DNA from: Dehalococcoidia bacterium
GTDB taxonomy: Bacteria > Chloroflexota > Dehalococcoidia > UBA2979
Assembly: GCA_965219085.1 (NCBI GenBank)
Contig: OZ244720.1
Coordinates: 2,816,001-2,880,000, forward strand
Direction of reading: 5' to 3'
Length of the DNA stretch: 64,000 bases
A program made the position numbers and the translations under genes. Below are positions 49,461 to 61,019 of the stretch, piece after piece (the first letter of the stretch is position 1; the number at the start of each line of letters is the position of its first letter). The notes under the pieces are model-generated. The model was not told where the DNA came from, searched no databases, and saw only the letters and a list, made by a program, of their open reading frames with translations.

Positions 49461-49790
49461 GTGCGACCCTCGAACGAGCCGTTCTGGTGGGCGATGTTCT
49501 CCGCGGGCGGGATGGTCGTCGCGCTGCTGCTGCCCGTCCTGATCATCATGACCGGCTTCGTCGTCCCCGCCGGGGGCGTCGAGTTCGACCAGCTCGACAA
49601 GCTCTTCAACAACCCGCTCGTACGGCTGATCATCCTCGGCGTGGCGTTCCTGTCGTTCTTCCACGCCGCGCACCGCATCCGCCACACGCTGAAGGACCTC
49701 GGCCTGCGCTCGGTTGCGACGCCGCTGGCGGGGGTCTGCTACGCTGCGGCCCTTGCCGGGACCGTGTGGGCAGCGCTGGTGGTGCTGTAG
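49461..49790 (+). CDS. frdD: Fumarate reductase anchor subunit D
   Basis: SNEPFWWAMFSAGGM, FHAAHRIRHTLKDL. Confidence 0.9.
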   Translation: MRPSNEPFWWAMFSAGGMVVALLLPVLIIMTGFVVPAGGVEFDQLDKLFNNPLVRLIILGVAFLSFFHAAHRIRHTLKDLGLRSVATPLAGVCYAAALAGTVWAALVVL

Positions 49791-49824
49791 CCCCTCGCCC
49801 GTTCCGGGAACTGCGAGGGACCCC

Positions 49825-50001
49825 ATGACCGACCGACTCACCCAGCTGTTCACGGCTGTCGGCGCGGGCGTCGTGGTCGGCGTGATCGTCGGCCTGCTCG
49901 CTGAGCTTGCCGCCGACCCGCCGTCGTTCGTGACGGGCGGGCTTGCGGGCATCCTCGGCGCCGTCGTCGCCGTCTTCGTCACCTCGAGGCGGAGCGCGTA
50001 G
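49825..50001 (+). CDS. Small two-TM hypothetical protein
   Basis: GAGGG RBS and two Gly-rich hydrophobic helices. Confidence 0.55.
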   Translation: MTDRLTQLFTAVGAGVVVGVIVGLLAELAADPPSFVTGGLAGILGAVVAVFVTSRRSA

Positions 50002-50055
50002 CGCTCAGGGGTTGCCCGGCCGCCGAGGAGCGTTCGACCTCTGGCGCCATAGGGC

Positions 50056-52263
50056 TCAGGGTTGGGACCGGACGAACCACAGGCACAGGCAGTCATCTAT
50101 CGCGACATCGTCCAGGTCCGTGACCGGATGGACGCTGTGGTTCGCGAGGTCGACGAGCACGGTGGTCGGGGGCTCGGTGTCCGGCGTTCCCGTGTGCCAG
50201 AGCCGCGGAACGATCTGCCCGACCACCAGGTCGTCGGAGACGAAGCCGGCCAGGTGGAGCTTCTCCGACGCGTCGTCCCACGTGAACGCGGCGACCACCT
50301 CGCCGCCCTCGCCCACGAGCGCGAAACGCTGCTCGTCTGCTCCATACAGGCTCCACAGGGCCGTGCCGTCCCCACGCACCTCGTCGAGATACCACCTGGC
50401 CGACTCCGGCGCCGAGGCGTCATCCGGCGGCGGAAGGAGCGCGGTGCCCGAGTCGGTCACGTATGCATCGCCCCCGTAGTCCCACAGGAACCCGCCGCTC
50501 CTCCAGTGCCAGCCCTCGGCGCCGTCCGGGTCGAGGCCCGCGGGAGGCTCGACCTCCTGGCCCGAGCGGAACCACCAGAGCCGCGCGACGTGATCCCGGG
50601 AGTCGTGCGAGTCCGGGTCCGGTAGCCATGCGGTGATCGCAACATCCTGCGCGGTCACGCCCTCGATGTACGAACCCTGGGGGATCTCGCCCCAGTCCTC
50701 CCAGTCGAAGGTGCTCCTACGCCACACGCGGAGGCGCAGCGAGGCGTCCTCGGTCGGGCCGCTGTAGCAATCCTCGCAGTAGCCCTGCTCGCAGACGGCG
50801 GCTGCCATGGTTCGGCCATCGTCGCTCACCTGGAACGAAGTGACGTAGGCGGACGAGTCGTCCCAGACGGCCCAGAGGCGTTCCGTCACGAAGCCATCTC
50901 CGGTGGCAAAGCCGAGGGTGACGTCCGTCGCGAATCCCTCGTACGGCCAATCGGCGAAGTACAACGCGGCGCCGGCGGGCAGCTCCCGCGGGTCGCCGAG
51001 CGTGAGTGGGATGTACTCGACGGCGGGCCGAGCCGTCTTGGCCGCGGGCGCGGGGCGAGCGGTGATGAAGTGGTAGTACTCGTACTGCGAGTTCGCCAAC
51101 TCGATGTCGAGCCCGAACGGCAGACTCAGGCCTTCGACTTCGTGGATGCTCGCCGTAGCAAGGTCGACGAGTTCCATCGTGGTGGCCTCAATCCCGAATC
51201 CTGTTCCGGTCAGGGTTCTCGAGCGGATGAGCAGGTCGCCGACTGTGGATGGACCCCCGCGCTGGTCGGTCGCGGTGTAGTGCTGGACGGAACCGTCTCG
51301 ATCCGGGATCGCCAGCAGTGGGCCGCCTTCGTCGCGGGCACTCCCCACCACGCTGGCATCCGGCACTTCGCCGGAAGCCACCCAGCGGAACCGCTGTACC
51401 CACCTTTCCCGTTCGTCGAGGCCGAGAGGGGCGAGGCGCGCGAGCATCGCCTCCCACTCTTCGTCCGTGAGCCAGGTCCAGTGCTCGCGCGCGTGCCAGA
51501 TGTTCAAGGTACCCACCAGCACGTCGTCGTCGGTCACCTCAACGATCCACGTCTCAGGGAGCAACTGGCCCCAGTCCTCCCACGTACCGCCGCCATCGTG
51601 CGAGACCCAGAGGCGCAGCTCCGTATCGGCGCTCGGTCCCGATTCACCGTCCACGGGTTCCGTTTCGCAGAAGCTGGCGTGGCAGACGGTGGCAGCCAGG
51701 GTCTGGCCGCTCGCGCTCACCCCGAAGCTACGGACCGGGTTGTAGTGCTCGCGGTCACTCGCCCCGTCAAAGGACGCCAATGGGCGATCCTCGCGGAACG
51801 CGCCGACCGCCTCGTCGAAGAGAACTCGGCGATAGTCGGACGGTTCGGCGTCGCACGCTGTGCATGGGGACACCCAGTAGTACAGCGCGAGGCCGTCGGG
51901 CAGCGGTCGCGACTCTCCACGTGTGATTGGCATGGACTCGACTGCGTACGGCGGGAGCGTCGGCGCGGCAGTTGGTTCGGGTGAGGGACTCGGTGACGGC
52001 ACGGGTGTGGCGCTCGGCGTTGGCGTGGGTGCGGCAGTCGGCTCAGGTGTGGGGCTCGGCGTCGAGGCCGGTGTCGACGTTGGGCTCGGCGTCGAGAGGG
52101 ACGCCGGAGCTGCCGTCGTCGTTGAGGTGGGCTCGGGGGTCGCGGTCGCGATGGGGGGTGCTGGATCCGCGGGACTCGAGGCGGGCGGGGCGGGGTCGTC
52201 GTCGCACGCCGCAGCCGCGAACGCGAGCACACAACAAACGAGAGCCACGGCCCGGCGCATCAC
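50056..52263 (-). CDS. Lipoprotein with P/T-rich linker and two tandem beta-rich domains
   Basis: Lipobox AAAC, PTP repeats, internal duplication, Asp-box-like SHDGGGTW. Confidence 0.8.
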   Translation of the reverse strand: MMRRAVALVCCVLAFAAAACDDDPAPPASSPADPAPPIATATPEPTSTTTAAPASLSTPSPTSTPASTPSPTPEPTAAPTPTPSATPVPSPSPSPEPTAAPTLPPYAVESMPITRGESRPLPDGLALYYWVSPCTACDAEPSDYRRVLFDEAVGAFREDRPLASFDGASDREHYNPVRSFGVSASGQTLAATVCHASFCETEPVDGESGPSADTELRLWVSHDGGGTWEDWGQLLPETWIVEVTDDDVLVGTLNIWHAREHWTWLTDEEWEAMLARLAPLGLDERERWVQRFRWVASGEVPDASVVGSARDEGGPLLAIPDRDGSVQHYTATDQRGGPSTVGDLLIRSRTLTGTGFGIEATTMELVDLATASIHEVEGLSLPFGLDIELANSQYEYYHFITARPAPAAKTARPAVEYIPLTLGDPRELPAGAALYFADWPYEGFATDVTLGFATGDGFVTERLWAVWDDSSAYVTSFQVSDDGRTMAAAVCEQGYCEDCYSGPTEDASLRLRVWRRSTFDWEDWGEIPQGSYIEGVTAQDVAITAWLPDPDSHDSRDHVARLWWFRSGQEVEPPAGLDPDGAEGWHWRSGGFLWDYGGDAYVTDSGTALLPPPDDASAPESARWYLDEVRGDGTALWSLYGADEQRFALVGEGGEVVAAFTWDDASEKLHLAGFVSDDLVVGQIVPRLWHTGTPDTEPPTTVLVDLANHSVHPVTDLDDVAIDDCLCLWFVRSQP

Positions 52264-52449
52264 GGCCCACCCTCAGACGAGGAGGCGAGCGATCCCGCGA
52301 ACGTCCGGGACGCCTCCTACTGGAGGATACGTTTCGGGCCGACGGGCGGTTCCATCGAAGCAACGATCGGGCCGCAGGCACCCGATCGTCGGTTGGTCGG
52401 AGGCAGTCAGGGGCGGTCGCTCAGCGCGCGCCGCCCTCTCACGGGACCT

Positions 52450-53859
52450 CTACGGGTGGGTCATCTCCTCCGGCCGCACCCACTCGTCGAACTCCGCGTC
52501 CGTGACGTAGCCGAGCGACACCGCGGCCTCGCGCAGCGTCGAGCCGTCGAGGTGCGCGTGGTGGGCGACCTCGGCTGCGCGGTCGTAGCCGATGTGCGGG
52601 CTCAGCGCCGTCACGAGCATCAGCGAGGACTCCATGAGCGCCTGGATGCGGTCGCGGTTCGGCTCGATGCCGATGACCATGTTGTCGGTGAACGAGACCG
52701 CCGCGTCGCCGAGCAGGCGGATCGACTGCAGCGTGTTGTAGACGATGACCGGCTTGAAGACGTTGAGCTCGAAGTGGCCGGTCGCGCCGCCGAAGTTGAC
52801 GGCGACGTCGTTGCCCATCACCTGCGCGCAGACCATCGTCAGCGCCTCGGACTGGGTGGGGTTCACCTTGCCCGGCATGATCGAGGAGCCCGGCTCGTTG
52901 GCCGGCAGCATCAGCTCGGCGAGCCCGGCGCGCGGGCCCGAGCCGAGCAGCCGCACGTCGTTCGCGATCTTCATCAGCGAGGCGGCCACGGTCTTGAGCT
53001 GGCCCGACAGCTCCACCTGCGCGTCGTGCGCCGCGAGCGACTCGAACTTGTTGGGCGCGGTCACGAACGGCAGGCCGGTGATGCCGGCGATCTCGGCCGC
53101 CACGCGCTCGCCGTACTCGGGGTGGGCGTTGAGGCCGGTGCCGACGGCGGTGCCGCCGAGGGCGAGCTCGAGCACGCGCGGCATGGCGCCCTCGACGCGG
53201 GTGACGGCGTTCTCGACCTGGCGCACGTAGCCGGAGAACTCCTGCCCGAGCGTGAGCGGCGTCGCGTCCATGAGGTGGGTGCGGCCGATCTTGACGATGT
53301 CCTCGAACGCGGCCTGCTTCGCCGACAGCGCGCCATGCAGGTGGTGCAGCCCGGGCACGAGGCGGTGCGTGACCTCCTCGGCGGTGGCGATCGACATGGC
53401 GCCGGGGAACACGTCGTTCGAGGACTGCGACATGTTGACGTGGTCGTTGGGGTGGACGGGGTCCTTGGAGCCGCGCTCGCCGCCGAGCAGCTCGATGGCG
53501 CGGTTCGAGATGACCTCGTTGGCGTTCATGTTGGACTGGGTGCCGGAGCCGGTCTGCCAGACGACGAGCGGGAAGTGGTCGTCGAGGTCGCCGTCGATGA
53601 CTTCCTGGGCGGCGGCGCGGATGGCGTCGGCGCGCTCGCTATCGAGCTTGCCGAGGGCCTCGTTCACGGTGGCGGAGGCGTGCTTGACGATGCCGAGTGC
53701 GCGGATGATGGAGCGCGGCATGCGCTCGTCGCCGATCTTGAAGTTCTGGAGCGAGCGCTGGGTCTGCGCCCCCCAGTACACGTCCGACGCCACCTCGATG
53801 GCGCCCATGCTGTCGGTCTCTGTGCGGGTCAGTGCGGCGGTCGTCGTCATCGTGGCCAT
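52450..53859 (-). CDS. fumC: Class II fumarate hydratase
   Basis: [41 protein letters not shown]. Confidence 0.97.
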   Translation of the reverse strand: MATMTTTAALTRTETDSMGAIEVASDVYWGAQTQRSLQNFKIGDERMPRSIIRALGIVKHASATVNEALGKLDSERADAIRAAAQEVIDGDLDDHFPLVVWQTGSGTQSNMNANEVISNRAIELLGGERGSKDPVHPNDHVNMSQSSNDVFPGAMSIATAEEVTHRLVPGLHHLHGALSAKQAAFEDIVKIGRTHLMDATPLTLGQEFSGYVRQVENAVTRVEGAMPRVLELALGGTAVGTGLNAHPEYGERVAAEIAGITGLPFVTAPNKFESLAAHDAQVELSGQLKTVAASLMKIANDVRLLGSGPRAGLAELMLPANEPGSSIMPGKVNPTQSEALTMVCAQVMGNDVAVNFGGATGHFELNVFKPVIVYNTLQSIRLLGDAAVSFTDNMVIGIEPNRDRIQALMESSLMLVTALSPHIGYDRAAEVAHHAHLDGSTLREAAVSLGYVTDAEFDEWVRPEEMTHP

Positions 53860-53905
53860 GTCGTCACTTGCTCCTTGTCGTGAGCCGCTATGTAGGGCTG
53901 CCTGC

Positions 53906-56224
53906 TCAGTGTGGCTGCGATTCCCATGGGTCTGGGAGGCCGCCAATGTAGATCCGTTGCATCTGGGGGAGTGAGCGCTTCTTCTCCTGCCAGAACAGGC
54001 GCAGCACTTCGTCAGGGGTGACTGGCTCTCCGGTGGTTGCCTCGCGAATTCGGTTCAGGCCAAGCACCCTGTACTGCGCGGCAGCTTCAGCAATCGCATC
54101 TGCGCGCATTGCACGGAAACCGTGAGTGTCGGCGAGGTCCCATTCCAGATCGCCCGATGGACTCGCGTGGACGTCGCCAAGCCATCGCTCGACGTCCTTG
54201 TGGCGAAGGAAGAAGTGCAGACAGGGGCCCCCACTGTGCTCAGAGGGCCCGGGGCAAAGGCCCCGCCCGTAGACGACTGCCCTGGAGTCGGGAGGGCTCA
54301 GATCGTTGTCGTCGTCAAAGACAGGAATCGATGTACCTTGCGATCGCACGTCGGCTGCGGCATCGTGCTCTCGAAAGCGCACATGGAGCTTCCCCGAAAT
54401 ACCGACTCCCCCACGCGCCTCGATTCTGAATTCCAAGATGTTCGCCTCGCGGACGAAGTCTTCCCACGCAGCCGAGACCGGTAGTACCGACGGGCCGACT
54501 GTCACGAGCGAACCTTCATCTGCCTCGACACGGAACTGCACTCGCTCAAGTATGTCGTTACCGACCAAGTCGAACGGAACGACCACGCGGATGACCTTCT
54601 GGGCGTTCGGGCGGATGCTGTATGACGAGTGCTCAAAGCGGAATTCTTGCTCTGGCGGCGGATCCAGCACGATATGCACGTCCGCCTCGGCCGCCTCCAT
54701 CTCTCGTCCTAGCTGCTCGTATGAAGCAGTAAGTGTTGCCGACCCCAACGCATCCCGTGATTGCACCAGTACCTTGGCGCGCTGTCGTGTCGAACCGCCA
54801 CCGCTCGGCACTGCGGGCTCCGAGAACTCGTCAGACACTTCTTCGATCTCGACGATTCCATCAGCGTCCGAGGATACTGTGAGTGTGCCGTCGGCGAGCG
54901 GTTCTTTCCCAACACTGTAGAGCGTAAGCCACCTTGTAGCACCGAGGCCCAATCGTGCCGACGACGGCAGGAAGTAGAACCCATCCGGCAGTTGCGGTCT
55001 GCCAGTGGAGTCTTCTTCAAGGTAGTTGCCGAGCCACGCGCCGGCTTCTAAGTTGGCCTTCTGGAGCTCTTGGCTGATCCCGGCGCGTTCGGCGTCCTGG
55101 AGTTCCTTTGTGACGGTTTCCAGGGCAGCCTCGACATGCGGCCGGACGGCCGCCGCGAGTGCTCTATAGTACGGGTGATTGGAGTCTAGACCACCGTTCT
55201 GTGGCTGCCGATCTTGCCGAATGACTGGCCGGTCATTGTGTTCGGTTGGCCCGTCGTTGCGGAACTCGTCGAGTAGGGTTTGGATATACGGATCCATAAG
55301 CTCACCAGCGATTCTGGCAGCATGAGGGTGATATTCGGATCCGGCGAGAAAGTATCCGTGATCTGCGGCTGGAGAGCGTACCAAAACGAAACCATCGAAT
55401 TGATCATTGCGATCCTGAGATGATCTTGCACCCTCTCCTACATCGAACAACTTCAGGTGTGGGTGCGCATCCGGGAATCCGTCGACTGAGAGTTCCCCGT
55501 TGAATTGCTGTCGTGCATCGGGGTTCTCCCATGATGCCAGCCCATACCGAAGTTGTGCGCCGCCGTAGCCATCCCCTGCTGTCTTGCTTCGGTCGATTAA
55601 GATGACCGTGTTGCGGTCCAGGAGACTGCGTAGTGCGAAGTGTCCTCGTAGTTGCTCCTCTATTGTGTTGTAGCGCGGGAGGCGCGGCCCACCCTCGGCT
55701 CGTGAGGCGAGGTGAATAGTGGCCACGGTTCCTGATCGTTGACGTCCACCGAAGAGTCGATCGTAGTCTGCTTTGCGCGCCGCTCTCGGCCGACTGATTG
55801 TCGCGCCCTGGTAGTCCTTTGGTATCTCGATGCGTGTGAATGCCCCGGAGCTATCGACTGTTTCCACGACGAGGCTCCCGAATACAGCGCAGTCCTTAGC
55901 GCCAACCCCGAAGTAGCCCCGGCCGCCAGCTTCGCTTGTGTCGCCACCCTGCGTGAATTTCGTGCGAGCCAGATCGGGCGACATGCCCCCGGCTTGGTCT
56001 CGAACCGTCAGCCGGCGCTCCGTGCTCGAGTACTCAATCGCGATTCTTCGTCGTGGCGATCCTGGGTCCTCGATGCTGTCGTACGCGGTGTCGGAATTAG
56101 TGATCAGCTCGACGAGACCTCGCACGACATTGTTTCCGAGCGCGAGCCGCGCGCGATCTGCGGCACCCTGAGGTCCGAGCTTATAGTCGAAGGTTTCTGG
56201 GGCGCGTTCATTCGGACTATGCAT
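53906..56224 (-). CDS. GHKL (HSP90/MutL/MORC-like) ATPase with long uncharacterised C-terminus
   Basis: ELITNSD (N box), VRDQAGGM (G1), [10 protein letters not shown] (G2/3), SGT; lower GC than flanks. Confidence 0.8.
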   Translation of the reverse strand: MHSPNERAPETFDYKLGPQGAADRARLALGNNVVRGLVELITNSDTAYDSIEDPGSPRRRIAIEYSSTERRLTVRDQAGGMSPDLARTKFTQGGDTSEAGGRGYFGVGAKDCAVFGSLVVETVDSSGAFTRIEIPKDYQGATISRPRAARKADYDRLFGGRQRSGTVATIHLASRAEGGPRLPRYNTIEEQLRGHFALRSLLDRNTVILIDRSKTAGDGYGGAQLRYGLASWENPDARQQFNGELSVDGFPDAHPHLKLFDVGEGARSSQDRNDQFDGFVLVRSPAADHGYFLAGSEYHPHAARIAGELMDPYIQTLLDEFRNDGPTEHNDRPVIRQDRQPQNGGLDSNHPYYRALAAAVRPHVEAALETVTKELQDAERAGISQELQKANLEAGAWLGNYLEEDSTGRPQLPDGFYFLPSSARLGLGATRWLTLYSVGKEPLADGTLTVSSDADGIVEIEEVSDEFSEPAVPSGGGSTRQRAKVLVQSRDALGSATLTASYEQLGREMEAAEADVHIVLDPPPEQEFRFEHSSYSIRPNAQKVIRVVVPFDLVGNDILERVQFRVEADEGSLVTVGPSVLPVSAAWEDFVREANILEFRIEARGGVGISGKLHVRFREHDAAADVRSQGTSIPVFDDDNDLSPPDSRAVVYGRGLCPGPSEHSGGPCLHFFLRHKDVERWLGDVHASPSGDLEWDLADTHGFRAMRADAIAEAAAQYRVLGLNRIREATTGEPVTPDEVLRLFWQEKKRSLPQMQRIYIGGLPDPWESQPH

Positions 56225-56807
56225 CGTAACCCCTCAGGAGTTCTGGTTCTGCCTTCTCCAGTTCGCTCAGGAAGCGTTCGAGTACGGGATCGGTCGGCTT
56301 GGCCAAGGCATAGAGTCTCGAAAACCGGGCGCGCCACGTAGCGGGAAGGCTGCCGACTGTGCAGCCGAGCATATCTGCTAATTCCTGCCTGCTCGGTCTA
56401 TGGTGCCTCCCGGTGGTGAAATCCCGAAAAGCCTTATGTGAGCGCACGCGATCCAGATCGGATAGAGCGGATGCATCGAACTGGGCTGTGACGGGCGTGC
56501 GAACGAACTGGCGGATATGAGCTTCATTATCATCGAGCCACTGAGCCCCCTGGCGCGTTAGTGTCCAGCCATCGCGTAGTCCACCTGAGACGTCCCCCTT
56601 TGGCTTGAGGTTCTTGAGCGCGTAATAGGCGGTGTCGACGCGAGGGTATTCTGGGTAGCGTTCTAGGGAGAATAGCTCGGGTGCCAGCCTGAAGCACTCA
56701 ACAGTGACATCTTCGACATGGGCAGGCGACAAATCGGCACGGAGGTTTCGCAGCGCGTAGCGCACCACTGCCCCGAGATTGGTGCTCTGTTGGCGACGCT
56801 GAGCCAC
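56217..56807 (-). CDS. Hypothetical protein with probable winged-helix N-terminal domain
   Basis: EDVTVECFRLAPELFSL..YPEYP, GWTLTRQG wing motif; overlaps the ATPase start by 8 nt. Confidence 0.65.
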   Translation of the reverse strand: MAQRRQQSTNLGAVVRYALRNLRADLSPAHVEDVTVECFRLAPELFSLERYPEYPRVDTAYYALKNLKPKGDVSGGLRDGWTLTRQGAQWLDDNEAHIRQFVRTPVTAQFDASALSDLDRVRSHKAFRDFTTGRHHRPSRQELADMLGCTVGSLPATWRARFSRLYALAKPTDPVLERFLSELEKAEPELLRGYDA

Positions 56808-56842
56808 GCTTCGCCTCCCTCCCTAGTCTAGTCGCCATCCCA

Positions 56843-57787
56843 TCACCGCCCCGGCGTAGCCGCCACAAGCTCCAGCACTGCGTCCCCCGCAGCCTTGATC
56901 CCCGCCGCCTCCGACTCGCTGACCGGCGACTCGTAGACCTCGAGGATGCCGCCGTCGCCGAGCAGGACCGGGGCGCCGACGTAGGCGTTCTCGACGCCCC
57001 ACTGGCCGCTCAGCAGCGTGCAGCAGGGGAGGATGCGGCGCTCGTCGCGGAGGATGGCGTCGACCATCTCGATCGTCGCGGCGGCGGGGGCCGTGAAGGC
57101 CGATCCCGTCTTCAGCAGGCCGACGATCTCCGCGCCGCCCTTCGTCGTGCGGTCCACGACGGCGTCGATGCGGTCCTGCGCCATGAGCGCGGTCAGCGGC
57201 ACGCCGCCGGCGGTCGCCGTCGAGACGATGGGGACCATCGTCGCCTCGGTGTGGCCGCCGAGCACCCACGCCGAGACGTCGCGCACCGAGACGCCGAGCT
57301 CCATCGCGATGAACGTGCGGTAGCGCGTGCTGTCGAGCATGCCGCCCTGGCCGATGACGCGCGCGGCCGGCAGCCCAGTCGTCTCGAGGGCGACGTGGCA
57401 CATCGCGTCCATGGGGTTCGCGAAGATGATGAAGGTGGCGTCGGGCGAGTGCTCGATGGCGCTGCCGACGACGCTGCGGACGATGCCGGCGTTGGTGCCG
57501 AGCAGGTCTTCGCGCGTCATGCCGGGCCGCCGCGGCACGCCCGAGGTGACCACGACGACGTCAGAGCCGGCGGTGTCGGCCCACTCGTTGGTGCCGGTGA
57601 CGGAGACGCTGCTGCCGACCCACGGGGCGGCCTCGGCGATGTCGAGCGCCTTGCCCTGCGGCAGGCCGTCGACGATGTCGATGAGGATGACGTCGGCGTA
57701 GCCGCGCGCGGCTAGGATCTGCGCCATGGAGGTGCCGGTGTTGCCGGCGCCTACGATCGTGACTTGCTTGCGGGTGCTCCCTGCCAT
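56843..57787 (-). CDS. mdh: Malate dehydrogenase (LDH-like)
   Basis: IVGAGNTG, PQGKALD, GVPRRPGMTREDL, NPMD, LDSTR, LGGH, GGAEIV. Confidence 0.94.
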   Translation of the reverse strand: MAGSTRKQVTIVGAGNTGTSMAQILAARGYADVILIDIVDGLPQGKALDIAEAAPWVGSSVSVTGTNEWADTAGSDVVVVTSGVPRRPGMTREDLLGTNAGIVRSVVGSAIEHSPDATFIIFANPMDAMCHVALETTGLPAARVIGQGGMLDSTRYRTFIAMELGVSVRDVSAWVLGGHTEATMVPIVSTATAGGVPLTALMAQDRIDAVVDRTTKGGAEIVGLLKTGSAFTAPAAATIEMVDAILRDERRILPCCTLLSGQWGVENAYVGAPVLLGDGGILEVYESPVSESEAAGIKAAGDAVLELVAATPGR

Positions 57788-57982
57788 CGTCGTCTTCCCT
57801 TCGTGCGTGTATGCCCCGGGTGTCTCTCATGCGGGCAGAGCCCGGGTTCCCTTCATGCGGGCAGGGCCCGCTGGGGGCGTGCGCGGTGAGTGCTTCGCGT
57901 GCTTGCGGTGCGGTTCCGGGTTGATGCTCCGGGGACAGCCGCCGTACGTCGGTCGTGCGGCCGCCCGCGTTCAGTCGCTGTT

Positions 57983-59200
57983 CTAGCCTGCCATCTCGCG
58001 GTTGAGGCGCTCGACGATGCGGTCGAAGAACGCGCGCGTGTTGAGCCACTCGACGTCGGGTCCGATGTTGATGGCGAGGTCGCGGGTCATGTCGCCCGAC
58101 TCGACGGTGTCGATGCAGACGCGCTCGAGCGTGTCGGCGAAGGCTTCGACGTCCGGGGTGTTGTCCATGCGGCCGCGGTAGCGCAGCCCGCGCGACCACG
58201 CGAAGATCGAGGCGATCGGGTTCGTCGAGGTCTCGTTGCCCTGGAGGTGCTGCCGGTAGTGGCGCGTGACCGTGCCGTGCGCGGCTTCGGCCTCGACGGT
58301 GTTGCCGTCGGGGGTGAGCAGCACGGAGGTCATGAGGCCGAGCGAGCCGAAGCCCTGCGCGACGACGTCGGACTGGACATCGCCGTCGTAGTTCTTGGCG
58401 GCCCACACGAAGCCGCCGTCCCACTTGAGGGCCTGCGCGACCATGTCGTCGATGAGCCGGTGCTCGTAGGTGAGGCCGGCCTCGCCGAAGCGGCCGGCGA
58501 AGTCCTGGTCGAAGACCTCCTGGAAGAGGTCGCGGAAGCGGCCGTCGTAGGCCTTGAGGATCGTGTTCTTCGTCGCGAAGTAGAGCGGCAACTGGCGGTC
58601 GAGCGCGTAGGTCATGCAGGCGCGGGCGAAGCCGCGGATCGACTCATCGAGGTTGTACATGCCCATGGCGATCCCGCCGCCGGCGAAGTCGAAGATCTCG
58701 CGCTCGACTGGCTCGCCGCCGTCGGCGGGGGTGAAGGTCATGGTGAGGCGGCCGGCGCCGGGCACGACGAAGTCGGTGGCGCGGTACTGGTCGCCGAAGG
58801 CGTGGCGTCCGATCACGATCGGGCGCTTCCAGCCGGGCACGAGCCGCGGGATGTTGCTCATCACGATCGGCTCGCGGAACACGGTGCCGCCGAGGATGTT
58901 GCGGATGGTGCCGTTGGGCGAACGCCACATCTGCTTGAGGCCGAACTCCTCGACGCGGTCTTCGTCGGGGGTGATGGTGGCGCACTTCACGCCGACGCCG
59001 TGGCGCTTGATCGCCTCTGCGGCGTCGATGGTGATCTGGTCGGCGGTGGCGTCGCGGCTCTGGATGCCGAGGTCGTAGTACTCGAGGTCGACGTCGAGGT
59101 AGGGAAGGATCAGCTGTTCGCGGATCCACGCCCAGATGATGCGCGTCATCTCGTCGCCGTCGAGTTCGACGATCGGGTTCTGCACCTTGATCTTTGCCAT
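57983..59200 (-). CDS. icd: NADP-dependent isocitrate dehydrogenase
   Basis: [46 protein letters not shown]. Confidence 0.97.
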   Translation of the reverse strand: MAKIKVQNPIVELDGDEMTRIIWAWIREQLILPYLDVDLEYYDLGIQSRDATADQITIDAAEAIKRHGVGVKCATITPDEDRVEEFGLKQMWRSPNGTIRNILGGTVFREPIVMSNIPRLVPGWKRPIVIGRHAFGDQYRATDFVVPGAGRLTMTFTPADGGEPVEREIFDFAGGGIAMGMYNLDESIRGFARACMTYALDRQLPLYFATKNTILKAYDGRFRDLFQEVFDQDFAGRFGEAGLTYEHRLIDDMVAQALKWDGGFVWAAKNYDGDVQSDVVAQGFGSLGLMTSVLLTPDGNTVEAEAAHGTVTRHYRQHLQGNETSTNPIASIFAWSRGLRYRGRMDNTPDVEAFADTLERVCIDTVESGDMTRDLAINIGPDVEWLNTRAFFDRIVERLNREMAG

Positions 59201-59288
59201 CAGGCCCCCTCGTGCGTGCTCGCGAGCCGAGCGCGGTGCGTACGGTACCAGCGGCAGGGGCCGGCCGTGCGGCCGGTCCGCCCCGGGT

Positions 59289-60833
59289 CTAGAGCGGGAT
59301 GTTCCCGTGCTTCTTCGCCAGTGGCGACTCTGCCTTGCGTTGCAGCATCCGCAGCGCCTGGGCGATGCGAGAGCGCGTGTCGCGCGGATCGATCACGTCG
59401 TCGACGTAACCCTTGGCGGCGGCGATATACGGGTGCTCGATGCGCTCCTGGTAGTCGGAGACGAGCTCGGCGCGCACGACGGCCTCGTCCTCGGCGGCCT
59501 GGAGCTCGCGGCGGTTGATGATGTTCACCGCCTGGCTGCCGCCCATGACGGCGATGGCGCCGCCGGGCCAGACGAAGTTGATATCGGCGCCGAGGTGCTT
59601 GGAGCCCATCGCCACGTAGGCGCCGCCGAAGCCCTTGCGCGTGATCACGGTGATGAGCGGCACGGTCGCCTCGGCGTAGGCGTACAGCAGCTTCGCGCCG
59701 TGCGCGATGATGCCGCCGTACTCCTGCGCCACGCCCGGCAGGTAGCCGGGCACGTCGACGAGCGTCACGACCGGCACGTTGAACGAGTCGCAGATGCGCA
59801 CGAACCGCGCCGCCTTGCGCGACGAGTCGATGTCGAGCACGCCGCCGAGGTACATCGGCTGGTTGGCGACGACGCCGACGGTCTGCCCACCGATACGCCC
59901 GAAGCCGACGACGATGTTCTGCGCGAAGTACTCGTGGACCTCCATGAAGTCCCCGTTGTCGAGCAGCCGCTCGATCACGTCGCGTACGTCGTAGGGGATG
60001 GCGTCGTCCTCGGGGACGATGCTGAGGATGTCGTCGAGCTTGCGGTTCGGGTCGTCGCCGGTGTCGACGTCCGGCGGGGACTCGACGTTGTTGGCGGGGA
60101 GGAACGAGAGCAGCCGCCGCACCTCGTCGAGACAGGCCTGCTCGTCGCTGAAGGCGAACTGGGAGACGCCGGACTTGGCGGCGTGGGACATGGCCCCGCC
60201 GAGCTCCTCGAAGGTGGTCTGCTCGCCGGTCACGCTCTGGATGACGTCGGGGCCGGTGATGTACATCTGCGAGGTGCCCTCGACCATGAACACGAAGTCC
60301 GTGATCGCGGGCGAGTAGACGGCGCCGCCGGCGCACGGCCCCATGATCACGCTGATCTGGGGGATGACGCCGGAGCCGTGGACGTTGCGCAGGAAGATGT
60401 CGCCGTAGCCGGCGAGGGAGTCGACGCCCTCCTGGATGCGCGCGCCGCCCGAGTCGTTGAGGCCGACCATCGGCACGCCGGTCTTGAGGGCGAGGTCCAT
60501 GATCTTCGCCATCTTCTCCCCGACGACGGTGGAGAGTGAGCCGCCGAAGACCGTGAAGTCCTGCGCGAACACGCACACCGGGCGGCCGTCGATCTGGCCC
60601 CAGCCGGTCACCACCGCGTCGCCGTAGAACCCCCCTCCGGCGCCGTCTTCCCCCCACTCCACGCCGAGGGCGTCGAGTTCGTCGAAGGTGCCGGGGTCGA
60701 GGAGTGCCTCGATGCGCTCACGAGCGGTGAGCTTGCCGCGCTCGTGCTGTGCGTCGATGCGCGCCTGGCCCCCGCCGAGGAGGCCGCTCTCTTTGCGTTC
60801 CGCGAGTTCCGCGAGGCGGTCTTCGTGGCTCAC
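59289..60833 (-). CDS. pccB: Acyl-CoA (propionyl/methylmalonyl-CoA) carboxyltransferase beta subunit
   Basis: [47 protein letters not shown]. Confidence 0.88.
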   Translation of the reverse strand: MSHEDRLAELAERKESGLLGGGQARIDAQHERGKLTARERIEALLDPGTFDELDALGVEWGEDGAGGGFYGDAVVTGWGQIDGRPVCVFAQDFTVFGGSLSTVVGEKMAKIMDLALKTGVPMVGLNDSGGARIQEGVDSLAGYGDIFLRNVHGSGVIPQISVIMGPCAGGAVYSPAITDFVFMVEGTSQMYITGPDVIQSVTGEQTTFEELGGAMSHAAKSGVSQFAFSDEQACLDEVRRLLSFLPANNVESPPDVDTGDDPNRKLDDILSIVPEDDAIPYDVRDVIERLLDNGDFMEVHEYFAQNIVVGFGRIGGQTVGVVANQPMYLGGVLDIDSSRKAARFVRICDSFNVPVVTLVDVPGYLPGVAQEYGGIIAHGAKLLYAYAEATVPLITVITRKGFGGAYVAMGSKHLGADINFVWPGGAIAVMGGSQAVNIINRRELQAAEDEAVVRAELVSDYQERIEHPYIAAAKGYVDDVIDPRDTRSRIAQALRMLQRKAESPLAKKHGNIPL

Positions 60834-61019
60834 TGCCGCGCCGCCGCGTGTTGAATCGTCATGGCCGTACGGTTCCGCCCCCGGTCGCGGCCCCCGGGGC
60901 CGCGGAAGCGCCGCACGCACGGTGAACCGGCGGCGGCGCGAGCGTCCGTAGTATCCGGTGATTCGCAGCGCAGCGCCAGACCACGCCCGGGGCAGCGGGG
61001 CGGTGGGGGCGCGGCGTGC

